DNA of 24,000 nucleotides, from sequence record PV683293.1; one strand, written 5' to 3'. Below, piece by piece: positions 1 to 7,324 of the stretch. This DNA is from Klebsiella phage HMGUkp5. How positions within the stretch are numbered: position 1 is the stretch's first letter; each line of letters opens with the position of its first letter. A program made the position numbers and the translations under genes. Below the pieces are notes generated by a model. It was not told the origin of the DNA. It did no database searches and was given only the letters and a program-made list of their open reading frames with translations.

Positions 1-235
1 TGTCATCTAATTTGCGCCTTGACTTCAGGCTGTTGATAAGCTGCTTCACATCAGATTCAGAACAGATTTCATCCAGAATCACGATGCGCTTGTCGTTCTC
101 TTCACGAGCCGACATATGATCTTCGATCGAAATCTGTTTTATTTCCCATTCCGGATGAAGATCTTGTAAAGCAGCCTTCATGATAATACTGTGGTGACCG
201 CCCCCGATGATCACGATCTTTTTGGGTTCTGACAT
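1..235 (-). CDS. hypothetical protein, C-terminus truncated by window edge (MSEPKKIVIIGGGHHSIIMKAALQDLHPEWEIKQ...)
   Basis: Open reading frame on minus strand with ATG at 235 running off the window start; not in the supplied track because it is incomplete. Confidence 0.75.
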   Translation of the reverse strand, partial: MSEPKKIVIIGGGHHSIIMKAALQDLHPEWEIKQISIEDHMSAREENDKRIVILDEICSESDVKQLINSLKSRRKLDD

Positions 236-300
236 GATTTTGCTCCAAAGAAAAGGGATAGAGTAATAATACCCTATCCCTGTTTATTGAAGAATTAAGC

Positions 301-699
301 CTATTCAGCTAATGCACCACGCAAATCCTGAACGGGATTTCCACCAACTGCCATGATATAGATGGTGTTGATGGTTTCGAACCAGGTCAGTTCGTTAACG
401 TCTTTGGTGTACGGCGTCACCGGGATAGAAGTTTTGACTTCGTTCGTTTCAGTCAGCGGGTGTGCTCCAACCAGAGTAAGGAAAGCGCAGCGCCCGGTCG
501 GATGGATAACCCCTTCTTTGAACATTACGATCTTTTTGCGTGGCTGAGGCGCTTCGGCCAAACAATCCAGCAGGTGGAACACCGCAACATCGTTAATAAG
601 AGGTGAATCGGGGTCTTTGATGATACCATGAGCCACCGCAGCGTTGACGATTCCTTTCATCAATACTTCAATTTGCTCTTCATTTAATGATCGTTCCAC
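301..699 (-). CDS. hypothetical phage protein, 132 aa
   Basis: ORF, co-directional with tightly packed neighbours. Confidence 0.8.
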   Translation of the reverse strand: MERSLNEEQIEVLMKGIVNAAVAHGIIKDPDSPLINDVAVFHLLDCLAEAPQPRKKIVMFKEGVIHPTGRCAFLTLVGAHPLTETNEVKTSIPVTPYTKDVNELTWFETINTIYIMAVGGNPVQDLRGALAE

Positions 700-1006
700 C
701 TTTGGCCTCCTGTGTTTTTAGTTTACGAATAAAATTCAACAGATCAGCAACATCATTGATGCTGGATACTGTGCCTTCGTAACCCGACTCTCCAGCCAGG
801 GCATTCGCTTCGGTGATCAGGCGTTGTTGGCTGGAGTTCAACAACGCCTCAACTTCGCGAGCAAACACCCGAGCCGATTCTTTGACTTCTCCCTTGAACT
901 CCAGTCCGTCGGCGTTGAATTGAATTTCACCAACCTGAGATTTAATAACGAATGATGGAGCAGCAGATTCAACTGTGTACGAAATAAGTGGAATTTTCAT
1001 AATCAA
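680..1006 (-). CDS. hypothetical phage protein, up to 108 aa
   Basis: ORF, short overlaps with neighbours typical of phage operons. Confidence 0.75.
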   Translation of the reverse strand: MIMKIPLISYTVESAAPSFVIKSQVGEIQFNADGLEFKGEVKESARVFAREVEALLNSSQQRLITEANALAGESGYEGTVSSINDVADLLNFIRKLKTQEAKGGTIIK

Positions 1007-1566
1007 CCTTTAAAGTTAATCGGAGCCTGAACACCAGATTCAAAAGCTGCCTGGGTACGGCTATCACTTACAACCTGGCAGGTCTTTTCCAGATCTAGGC
1101 GCGGGAAACCAAACATTCCGGCCACGATATTGCCCGGGAACTGCTGGAGCCGGGTCTCATACAGCTGGCACGCATCGAGTTTTTTGGTCTGGCTGATACG
1201 GAATTCATCACGGCCCGCGCTGATTACGATCTGGATTTCTTTGTACAGAGATGAATCGAACTGAATGTTCTGTTCCTGAATCCATTGCATCACCGCTTTG
1301 GAACCGTCGGCGCCATAGCGGCCTTCAAATGTTCCCTTGATGACTTCCTTCAACCCGTTCTTGTACATGTCCGGGATTTGCGCCGTTTCCTGCACTTTCA
1401 GAGTATAAGAACTCAGATAGTTCTCCGAGTCCTTGTTGAACTTCTTAACATTGTTCTCCAGCGTGTTGAAGCCGTTGAACGTGCTGATAAGAAACCCGGC
1501 GATGATTGCGATCAAACCAACGGTAGCACCGACGACGATAAGAGAAGGACTGATACTTTTTGACAT
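1003..1566 (-). CDS. LemA-family-like membrane-anchored protein, 187 aa
   Basis: N-terminal TM (IIVGATVGLIAIIAGFLI) followed by FNGFNTLENNVKK and coiled region ending QTKKLDACQLYETRLQQFPGNIVAGMFGFPR, the LemA layout. Confidence 0.75.
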   Translation of the reverse strand: MSKSISPSLIVVGATVGLIAIIAGFLISTFNGFNTLENNVKKFNKDSENYLSSYTLKVQETAQIPDMYKNGLKEVIKGTFEGRYGADGSKAVMQWIQEQNIQFDSSLYKEIQIVISAGRDEFRISQTKKLDACQLYETRLQQFPGNIVAGMFGFPRLDLEKTCQVVSDSRTQAAFESGVQAPINFKG

Positions 1567-1582
1567 TTTTGTAGCCTCTTGT

Positions 1583-2674
1583 TTAGAATGGGAAACGACG
1601 ATTTAGACTAAAATTATATGGCCCAGCGCCAAGATAGAATAATACACCGAACGGCACACAACCGAGTAAAGACACGATCAGGGCTTCCCAGGTCTTCAAC
1701 TCACGCCATTTCAGATAATCCATCTCCTTCATAGACACCCGGTTGTAGCCCTTGCTGATATTGGTAGCGACTTCTTGGAAGACTGCTATTCCCATGGGCT
1801 GTCCAGTAAGGGATAATCCATTGCGGGAATGCAATTCCATGTTGTTCATGCCATCTGCAAAAGAAGTGCTCTTGCCCCAATTTATCTTCATGTCTTTGGT
1901 GATATCGGTAACAACGATGACGTCATTCTTCTTGCCGCCCGCCCATGCATACACCAGCCCCTGGAAATATTCAATCGGCTGGCCTGAAGTTATCACCCAA
2001 ACGATGTTCACCTGACGCTCGGCACCCAGAGTTTTCAGAACGCCGTTCAAATAATCATTCCAGTAACCGACAGGAAGATTCAAACCAGACATGTTCAGAA
2101 CCCGGTTGACACGATAATAATCATAGACCTTTGGGTACGCCGGGATGTAATCTTTGAACTTCTCGGCAAACTGTTCATCCGAACGGGAGAATAATGAATC
2201 CCTGTTTCCAAGAACGTAGTTCTGATACGGATGATCTTGTGCAGCTGGTTCCCCGACCTTCACCTGCGCCCAGCGCGGCGGCTGACGCAAACCTTGTCGG
2301 TCTATACGCTTAATGGTCAGATCACCGACGGTCGTGTGAACATCCCAGTCGACGTCGTAATCATGCTCGTCACAATAGATCGGGACACAGGACTGGTTGC
2401 CTTTACTATCCGTTGAACATGTCTGACCGCATTGATACTGGTGCTCACACGAGACCTTTTCCCGAGTCTTACCCGTAACATAACCGTTAAGGATTTCCAC
2501 GTCAGCAGCACTCCCCAAGGAGAATGCTGCGTATGCACCCGCTTGTATCAGGCAAGACAAACCAACCCCGATAAGGGTCGTATAGACCGTCTCCTTAACG
2601 TTGTGGTCGGCCTGGTGTCTGACAATGAACGCGACGGCCATCGCCAATGGCAGGATGAAAAAGAGATAGATCAT
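1583..2674 (-). CDS. membrane protein, 363 aa, N-terminal double TM and C-terminal TM
   Basis: ORF with hydrophobic segments IYLFFILPLAMAVAFIV and EALIVSLLGCVPFGVLFYLGAG; adjacent to LemA-like gene. Confidence 0.75.
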   Translation of the reverse strand: MIYLFFILPLAMAVAFIVRHQADHNVKETVYTTLIGVGLSCLIQAGAYAAFSLGSAADVEILNGYVTGKTREKVSCEHQYQCGQTCSTDSKGNQSCVPIYCDEHDYDVDWDVHTTVGDLTIKRIDRQGLRQPPRWAQVKVGEPAAQDHPYQNYVLGNRDSLFSRSDEQFAEKFKDYIPAYPKVYDYYRVNRVLNMSGLNLPVGYWNDYLNGVLKTLGAERQVNIVWVITSGQPIEYFQGLVYAWAGGKKNDVIVVTDITKDMKINWGKSTSFADGMNNMELHSRNGLSLTGQPMGIAVFQEVATNISKGYNRVSMKEMDYLKWRELKTWEALIVSLLGCVPFGVLFYLGAGPYNFSLNRRFPF

Positions 2675-3060
2675 AATACACCACCCACGAGTTGGGCCTT
2701 GGTCATACCCAACAGTTGTTCTTTGTGTTTTTCATCCGCGCCGTTGGCAACCAAGAGCGCCCAACGTTCTTCATGGTACTTCGGGTCCATGGCTTCATCA
2801 AACGATAGGTGATGGCGAAACATGATGGTTGCCACTGAATGGAGAACGTGCGCCGTAGCCCGCTGTAACGTTCTTGGGCACGTGATGGGATATTCTGTAT
2901 ATTCAACCCCCATGAGGCGCAATTCGCGGATAATGAACGGTAGTGGTAATTCACCTTTGTCATGCAATTCTTTAAAACGGGCTTTCGCCGGGTGTAACTG
3001 GCCTTCAGTTTCTTTCATGAACAGATCGTACAGGTATTCAGCGTATTCGATGCGAGTCAT
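2671..3060 (-). CDS. hypothetical protein, 129 aa
   Basis: ORF overlapping next gene start by 4 nt. Confidence 0.75.
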   Translation of the reverse strand: MTRIEYAEYLYDLFMKETEGQLHPAKARFKELHDKGELPLPFIIRELRLMGVEYTEYPITCPRTLQRATAHVLHSVATIMFRHHLSFDEAMDPKYHEERWALLVANGADEKHKEQLLGMTKAQLVGGVL

Positions 3061-3138
3061 AATTTTAATCCTTGAAATAAAAGGGAACGGGCCAAATATA
3101 AGCCCATTCCCTTTATTGAAGAAACTAGTATTGCTCAG

Positions 3139-4356
3139 TTATTTCTTCATCAGTGACATCAGATTAACACTCTTCCCAACAGGGGCGGTCTCCTGTTTGC
3201 GTTCAACGCGCTCTTCAGGTTCCCAACGTGTTCCCTTCTGTAGATGCCAGATGTGGAGTGGAACGCCCGTCTCAAAGAACACCGGCATCTTCCACTTCTG
3301 GACGCCTGGGACGTGCCCTGCGGGAGCCTTCTCACATAACAGGGTATCCGGTAGCCAAAGTGAACGCGCCTCCCAGAGTGCCGCGCAGGAGTACTCCGGC
3401 CAAATGCGTTCCATGTAGTCGATTTCATCCCAGGTACGCTCCGCATCCCACCCGATATAACGAGTGTTCTTCAGACGGAAGAATTTCTTCAACCAACACG
3501 CGCCAGAGGTCTCAAAGTTCAGACGGTTGATGAACGTCAGATGACCGAATTCTTCAACGCATTCATGGAATGCCTTTTCCAAATCGGCTTCCAGGATGTC
3601 GCACTCTTCATCGGTAATAGGACAGCCGTCGATCTTTTTCTTCCCGTGTTTGGTCACCCAATCATCACGGTTAGAAAGAAACGCCGCGCCATTGCGATTC
3701 GATTCACTACCTTCACGGTCACGCAGCATGAAACCGGGAACGTCAATTTCCCACATGTTACCGAACACCATGTTCAGGGCTTCCAGGAAGTTCCAGGCGC
3801 TGAGGCGGCCGAAGTATTTCCAGGACATCGCCGTGTCCCACAACTCAGTAAACTGGTCTTCCTTCATGGTGCATTCCAACATCCAACGGAAAGAATCCAT
3901 CTGAGTTTTGCCGCCCAGCCAATCCACATAGGATTGAACACATGGGATCATCTTGGACTTGCGGTAGCGGCAATCAGTATCGAAGCGCATGCGTTCAAAG
4001 TTCAGATTATACCAGTCCGAGAAGCGCTGCATTTCTTCTTTGGTCTGAGGAGGAACCGGGAACTCAGAGTAGATTGTCCACGGGCCGATCGCATTATAGC
4101 AGCAACCCCAAAGGAACGCCATCCAGATCTTGCGCTCGATCTTTTCCAGGTTGGTGAGGCCTTCAGTGACTTCAATAGCATAATCCATCAGACGCATCTG
4201 CTGGTTGTGCTCTTCAGTATAGGACAGCGCTTCGACCCACGCTTTGAGCAGATACATCCGGTTCTCAGGCTTGCGGTAGTCAACCTTCAGATCAATCGGG
4301 TACTTCCATTGCTCAGGGGCTTTATACCCCTGTGGCATTTTAGATAAATGTGCCAT
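3139..4356 (-). CDS. putative DNA base-hypermodification protein, amino-acid:DNA transferase-like (tentative)
   Basis: 405 aa; motifs such as YFGRLSAWNFLEALN and overall W/F/Y-rich helical layout, plus position near a 5-hmdU-DNA-kinase-like gene. Family assignment from recall, not search. Confidence 0.45.
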   Translation of the reverse strand: MAHLSKMPQGYKAPEQWKYPIDLKVDYRKPENRMYLLKAWVEALSYTEEHNQQMRLMDYAIEVTEGLTNLEKIERKIWMAFLWGCCYNAIGPWTIYSEFPVPPQTKEEMQRFSDWYNLNFERMRFDTDCRYRKSKMIPCVQSYVDWLGGKTQMDSFRWMLECTMKEDQFTELWDTAMSWKYFGRLSAWNFLEALNMVFGNMWEIDVPGFMLRDREGSESNRNGAAFLSNRDDWVTKHGKKKIDGCPITDEECDILEADLEKAFHECVEEFGHLTFINRLNFETSGACWLKKFFRLKNTRYIGWDAERTWDEIDYMERIWPEYSCAALWEARSLWLPDTLLCEKAPAGHVPGVQKWKMPVFFETGVPLHIWHLQKGTRWEPEERVERKQETAPVGKSVNLMSLMKK

Positions 4357-4359
4357 ACA

Positions 4360-4740
4360 TCAATCCTTTTCGCCGACGGAACTTGAAAGTTCTTCATCTC
4401 CAGGATGAGGCTGAACTGGCTCCAGTTGCACTTGATCTGCGGTGACCGGGCCGAATTCAGAGTTCCAGATATCGACAAAGCGTTTGTCTGAAGTCACAAC
4501 CCACATGCGCTTGGCTTTATTGGAACGGTCAGCAATGAACGCCTGGGCATTGGCGTTGGTACGGACGAGACCGACCTGGCGCCACTGACCAAAATCTTTA
4601 GACGCCGGGTTAGTGTTCAGCTGAAACTGTGGGATTACCCGGTTGTCTTCCGGGTAATAACGGACAGCATTGATCATCTTGGCATCGCCCTTATAATCAA
4701 TAGCGATAGCCACGGCATCGCGGGGAATCAAAATTTTCAT
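4360..4740 (-). CDS. hypothetical protein, 126 aa
   Basis: ORF in operon-like context. Confidence 0.75.
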   Translation of the reverse strand: MKILIPRDAVAIAIDYKGDAKMINAVRYYPEDNRVIPQFQLNTNPASKDFGQWRQVGLVRTNANAQAFIADRSNKAKRMWVVTSDKRFVDIWNSEFGPVTADQVQLEPVQPHPGDEELSSSVGEKD

Positions 4741-4940
4741 TTCATTTCCTTTAAAAATAATTTATAGACAACAGGTATAAAGAACGATAAGAAGCCGAAC
4801 CAGTAAACCACATTCATGGTTTTCTTTTCTGCTTCTGACAGATCAATGAAACCATAATGATACACTATCATGGTTAATAATGAGGCTAAACAAGTGATCG
4901 CCCCGACCAATAAAATAGCATCCAACCACTTGCTGTTCAT
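4737..4940 (-). CDS. small membrane protein, 67 aa, two TM segments
   Basis: WLDAILLVGAITCLASLLTMIVYHYG and VYWFGFLSFFIPVVYKLF. Confidence 0.7.
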   Translation of the reverse strand: MNSKWLDAILLVGAITCLASLLTMIVYHYGFIDLSEAEKKTMNVVYWFGFLSFFIPVVYKLFLKEMK

Positions 4941-4942
4941 CT

Positions 4943-5827
4943 TTATTTCCTCAACATCATAGCCAGCACGTTAGAACTTTTGGACAGCTGTTTCTTTTCA
5001 TCAGCCGTCTTCTTGACAACCTGGCGGCGGGTAGCCTTTTCCGGTACGCGATGCGCCAGCGGGTCTGAACCACCAACTTCACGGGTCATTGGATGGTCTT
5101 CGCAATACTTATAGAATTCTTTGAAGACGAACCCAGCGTCACGGACTTCATTGATGATCATGTGATGGATGGCATTACCAATGACCCACAGCGGGGCGTC
5201 GAATGGCAATTGGGCAACTTCGCTGCCAACGCCGTTCTTTTTGTAGAGGACGTCCTGGCCGCTGTATGAATCTACAACAACTTCCCAACCCGCCGCCACC
5301 ATTTCAGATTTAGACTTTTCAAATTCTTTCTGATAAGACTCATTCCGAGTCCAGCCCGAATCCCCGGCTTCTTTACCAGAACGCCCACGGATACGAGCAT
5401 CATACTGATAACGATCCGGATACGTGAAGTACAACAGCGCCAGTTGCTCAATAGGATAATTGGCAAACATCCATTCTGGACGCCATTTATCAGACAGCAT
5501 CAGTGGTTCACCCTCGCAGACCAGCGTATATCCCGCGCTGAGATGTTCTTTGACCAGTTCGCGGGCGATATCACCAGAACCTGTCGCGGCATGGATAGCG
5601 TCCATCGAGGTCCACGAGGCAAGACCGGATTTGTTTGACGCAGTATACTGGCCGACAAACATTAATTTCAGTTCATCAAAGGCCAGACCAAACAGGCGCG
5701 TTTTATCGCCGATGGTATAAGTGACCTCGCGCGGCTCAAGGCGAGTACGCAGCCATTCTATGAACTGTACGACACGAGTGCCCTTGCCCGTGCCGCTTGT
5801 GCCTTTGATTACAATCAGTTTTGACAT
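4943..5827 (-). CDS. P-loop nucleotide/DNA kinase, 5-hydroxymethyl-dU DNA kinase-like
   Basis: Walker A KGTSGTGKGTRV at N-terminus, followed by thymidylate-kinase-like body (CEGEPLML, ARIRGRSG); 294 aa. Confidence 0.7.
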   Translation of the reverse strand: MSKLIVIKGTSGTGKGTRVVQFIEWLRTRLEPREVTYTIGDKTRLFGLAFDELKLMFVGQYTASNKSGLASWTSMDAIHAATGSGDIARELVKEHLSAGYTLVCEGEPLMLSDKWRPEWMFANYPIEQLALLYFTYPDRYQYDARIRGRSGKEAGDSGWTRNESYQKEFEKSKSEMVAAGWEVVVDSYSGQDVLYKKNGVGSEVAQLPFDAPLWVIGNAIHHMIINEVRDAGFVFKEFYKYCEDHPMTREVGGSDPLAHRVPEKATRRQVVKKTADEKKQLSKSSNVLAMMLRK

Positions 5828-6135
5828 TATTTGTCATCCTCAATACGCCAGCTCACGCCGCCAATCCACGGTGCCCAAAAGACAGCCACCTGCGGAATAC
5901 CGTTTTCTTCAAACTTTACTTTATACTGGTCGTCAAAGTTATAGAATATTTCTTCGTCATCAGGAGACATCCCAATCTCACTCAAGACACGCTTCAGTTC
6001 TTTAGCCGCCCCAACAGAGGAAGGATTCTCTTGAGAACGGATGTAGTTGTTGATATGAATGATGACGCCATCCATATCACTATCCCCTGATCGTTTGTCA
6101 GGACATTCTACCACTTTCAGCAATTCGTTAGACAC
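5827..6135 (-). CDS. hypothetical protein, ~102 aa (GTG start proposed)
   Basis: Supplied ORF 5827..6204 would overlap the upstream gene by 68 nt; a GTG at 6135 preceded by AAGGAG with 6-nt spacing removes the overlap. Confidence 0.6.
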   Translation of the reverse strand: MSNELLKVVECPDKRSGDSDMDGVIIHINNYIRSQENPSSVGAAKELKRVLSEIGMSPDDEEIFYNFDDQYKVKFEENGIPQVAVFWAPWIGGVSWRIEDDK

Positions 6136-6136
6136 T

Positions 6137-6928
6137 TCAGACTCCTTGACGGACAAATTGGTAATGTGCAACCAGGCGGTCAACGACTTCTGTAAAATTC
6201 TCACGCAGATAGTCGAAGTGGTTGCGGCCTTCTACTGGTTTAACATATATCATGTTTTCTGAATCCGAAAGATCCAGTTTTTCATAATTCCCCTGAGGAA
6301 CGAAGATGCTGAAAACATTGTTCCAGATGCACGGGTCGACATATTTCGGATTGTCGTCAATCAAAACATCGCCAGCAACCATGTGCTTTTCATCCGTGCT
6401 GATAAACCCATCAAAGATGTTCGGGAACTTGCCATACACGAACTGACGTTTGCTGCGTTCGTGCTCGGGTTCACATTTGGTGACTGCAACAAATTCCACC
6501 ATTTCAAACTTCATGAGCAGCGCATCATGCAAGTTGTTCAAGAACTCTACCGCACCGGGCAACGGCTGCATACGGGAGTACAGATCAGGTTGGCGCCAAA
6601 AGTCCATCGGGTCGCGTCCGTTTGGCATATAATGGGTCTTACCGCCGATACTGACATATGAATGTGACCATGCCGGATGAGCACGTTCACGCATCAGGAT
6701 TGCCAAATCACCCGCATGGTTCATATAACATTGCTTGGTGATCGGCTGGAATTTAGCGGGGCCAACATTCCCATCCGGGAGACTTGCTTGGGCTTCCAGG
6801 TTTCCGTCATTAAACCATTTGACCCAAGGCGATAGACTATCGACCATTGTCAGATCAACGTCCACCAAAACCCGGTACAGGCCTCCGACCTTTGAGTTCA
6901 TATCGTATAGGCAAGTCAGGTTGTTCAT
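6137..6928 (-). CDS. HAD-superfamily 5'(3')-deoxyribonucleotidase-like protein
   Basis: HAD motif I VDVDLTMVDS and late motif VLIDDNPKYV; 263 aa. Confidence 0.65.
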   Translation of the reverse strand: MNNLTCLYDMNSKVGGLYRVLVDVDLTMVDSLSPWVKWFNDGNLEAQASLPDGNVGPAKFQPITKQCYMNHAGDLAILMRERAHPAWSHSYVSIGGKTHYMPNGRDPMDFWRQPDLYSRMQPLPGAVEFLNNLHDALLMKFEMVEFVAVTKCEPEHERSKRQFVYGKFPNIFDGFISTDEKHMVAGDVLIDDNPKYVDPCIWNNVFSIFVPQGNYEKLDLSDSENMIYVKPVEGRNHFDYLRENFTEVVDRLVAHYQFVRQGV

Positions 6929-7266
6929 TTATCTTCCTCCACTTTATCATATCCTGTCGCTTTACAACCATCAGCCTGGCAGTCGCCATACAGGACAACC
7001 ATGGAGTCTTTTACAAAAGTGGAACAATGATACAGCTCCGTTGTTGGATCGCTGTCATCGTAATTGCAAACGGTCTGGATCGGGCCGGGAGTAGTACCCT
7101 GGAGGGCGGCATGTGCTTTAACCATGTCATCCATTTTGGTCTGAGCCTGGTCTTGAGTGAAGTCCGGCCCGCTCAGGTCAGGAACATCCAGAAGAGTGGA
7201 ACACGCCGTGGTAGAGAATGCCAGAGCGCATACCAGAAGGATCTTATTGAGTTTCATCTTAATCAC
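6925..7266 (-). CDS. small lipoprotein
   Basis: Signal peptide NKILLVCALAFSTTAC|STLLDVP with lipobox-like cysteine. Confidence 0.7.
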   Translation of the reverse strand: MIKMKLNKILLVCALAFSTTACSTLLDVPDLSGPDFTQDQAQTKMDDMVKAHAALQGTTPGPIQTVCNYDDSDPTTELYHCSTFVKDSMVVLYGDCQADGCKATGYDKVEEDK

Positions 7267-7324
7267 CTATTCTTTGTCAAAGGGAAACAACAAGGGGAAT
7301 TATATCCCCCTGTCGGTTATTGAA

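Noticed and set aside
3541-4347. Plus-strand 268-aa ORF
   Set aside because: Antisense shadow of the convincing minus-strand gene 3139..4356
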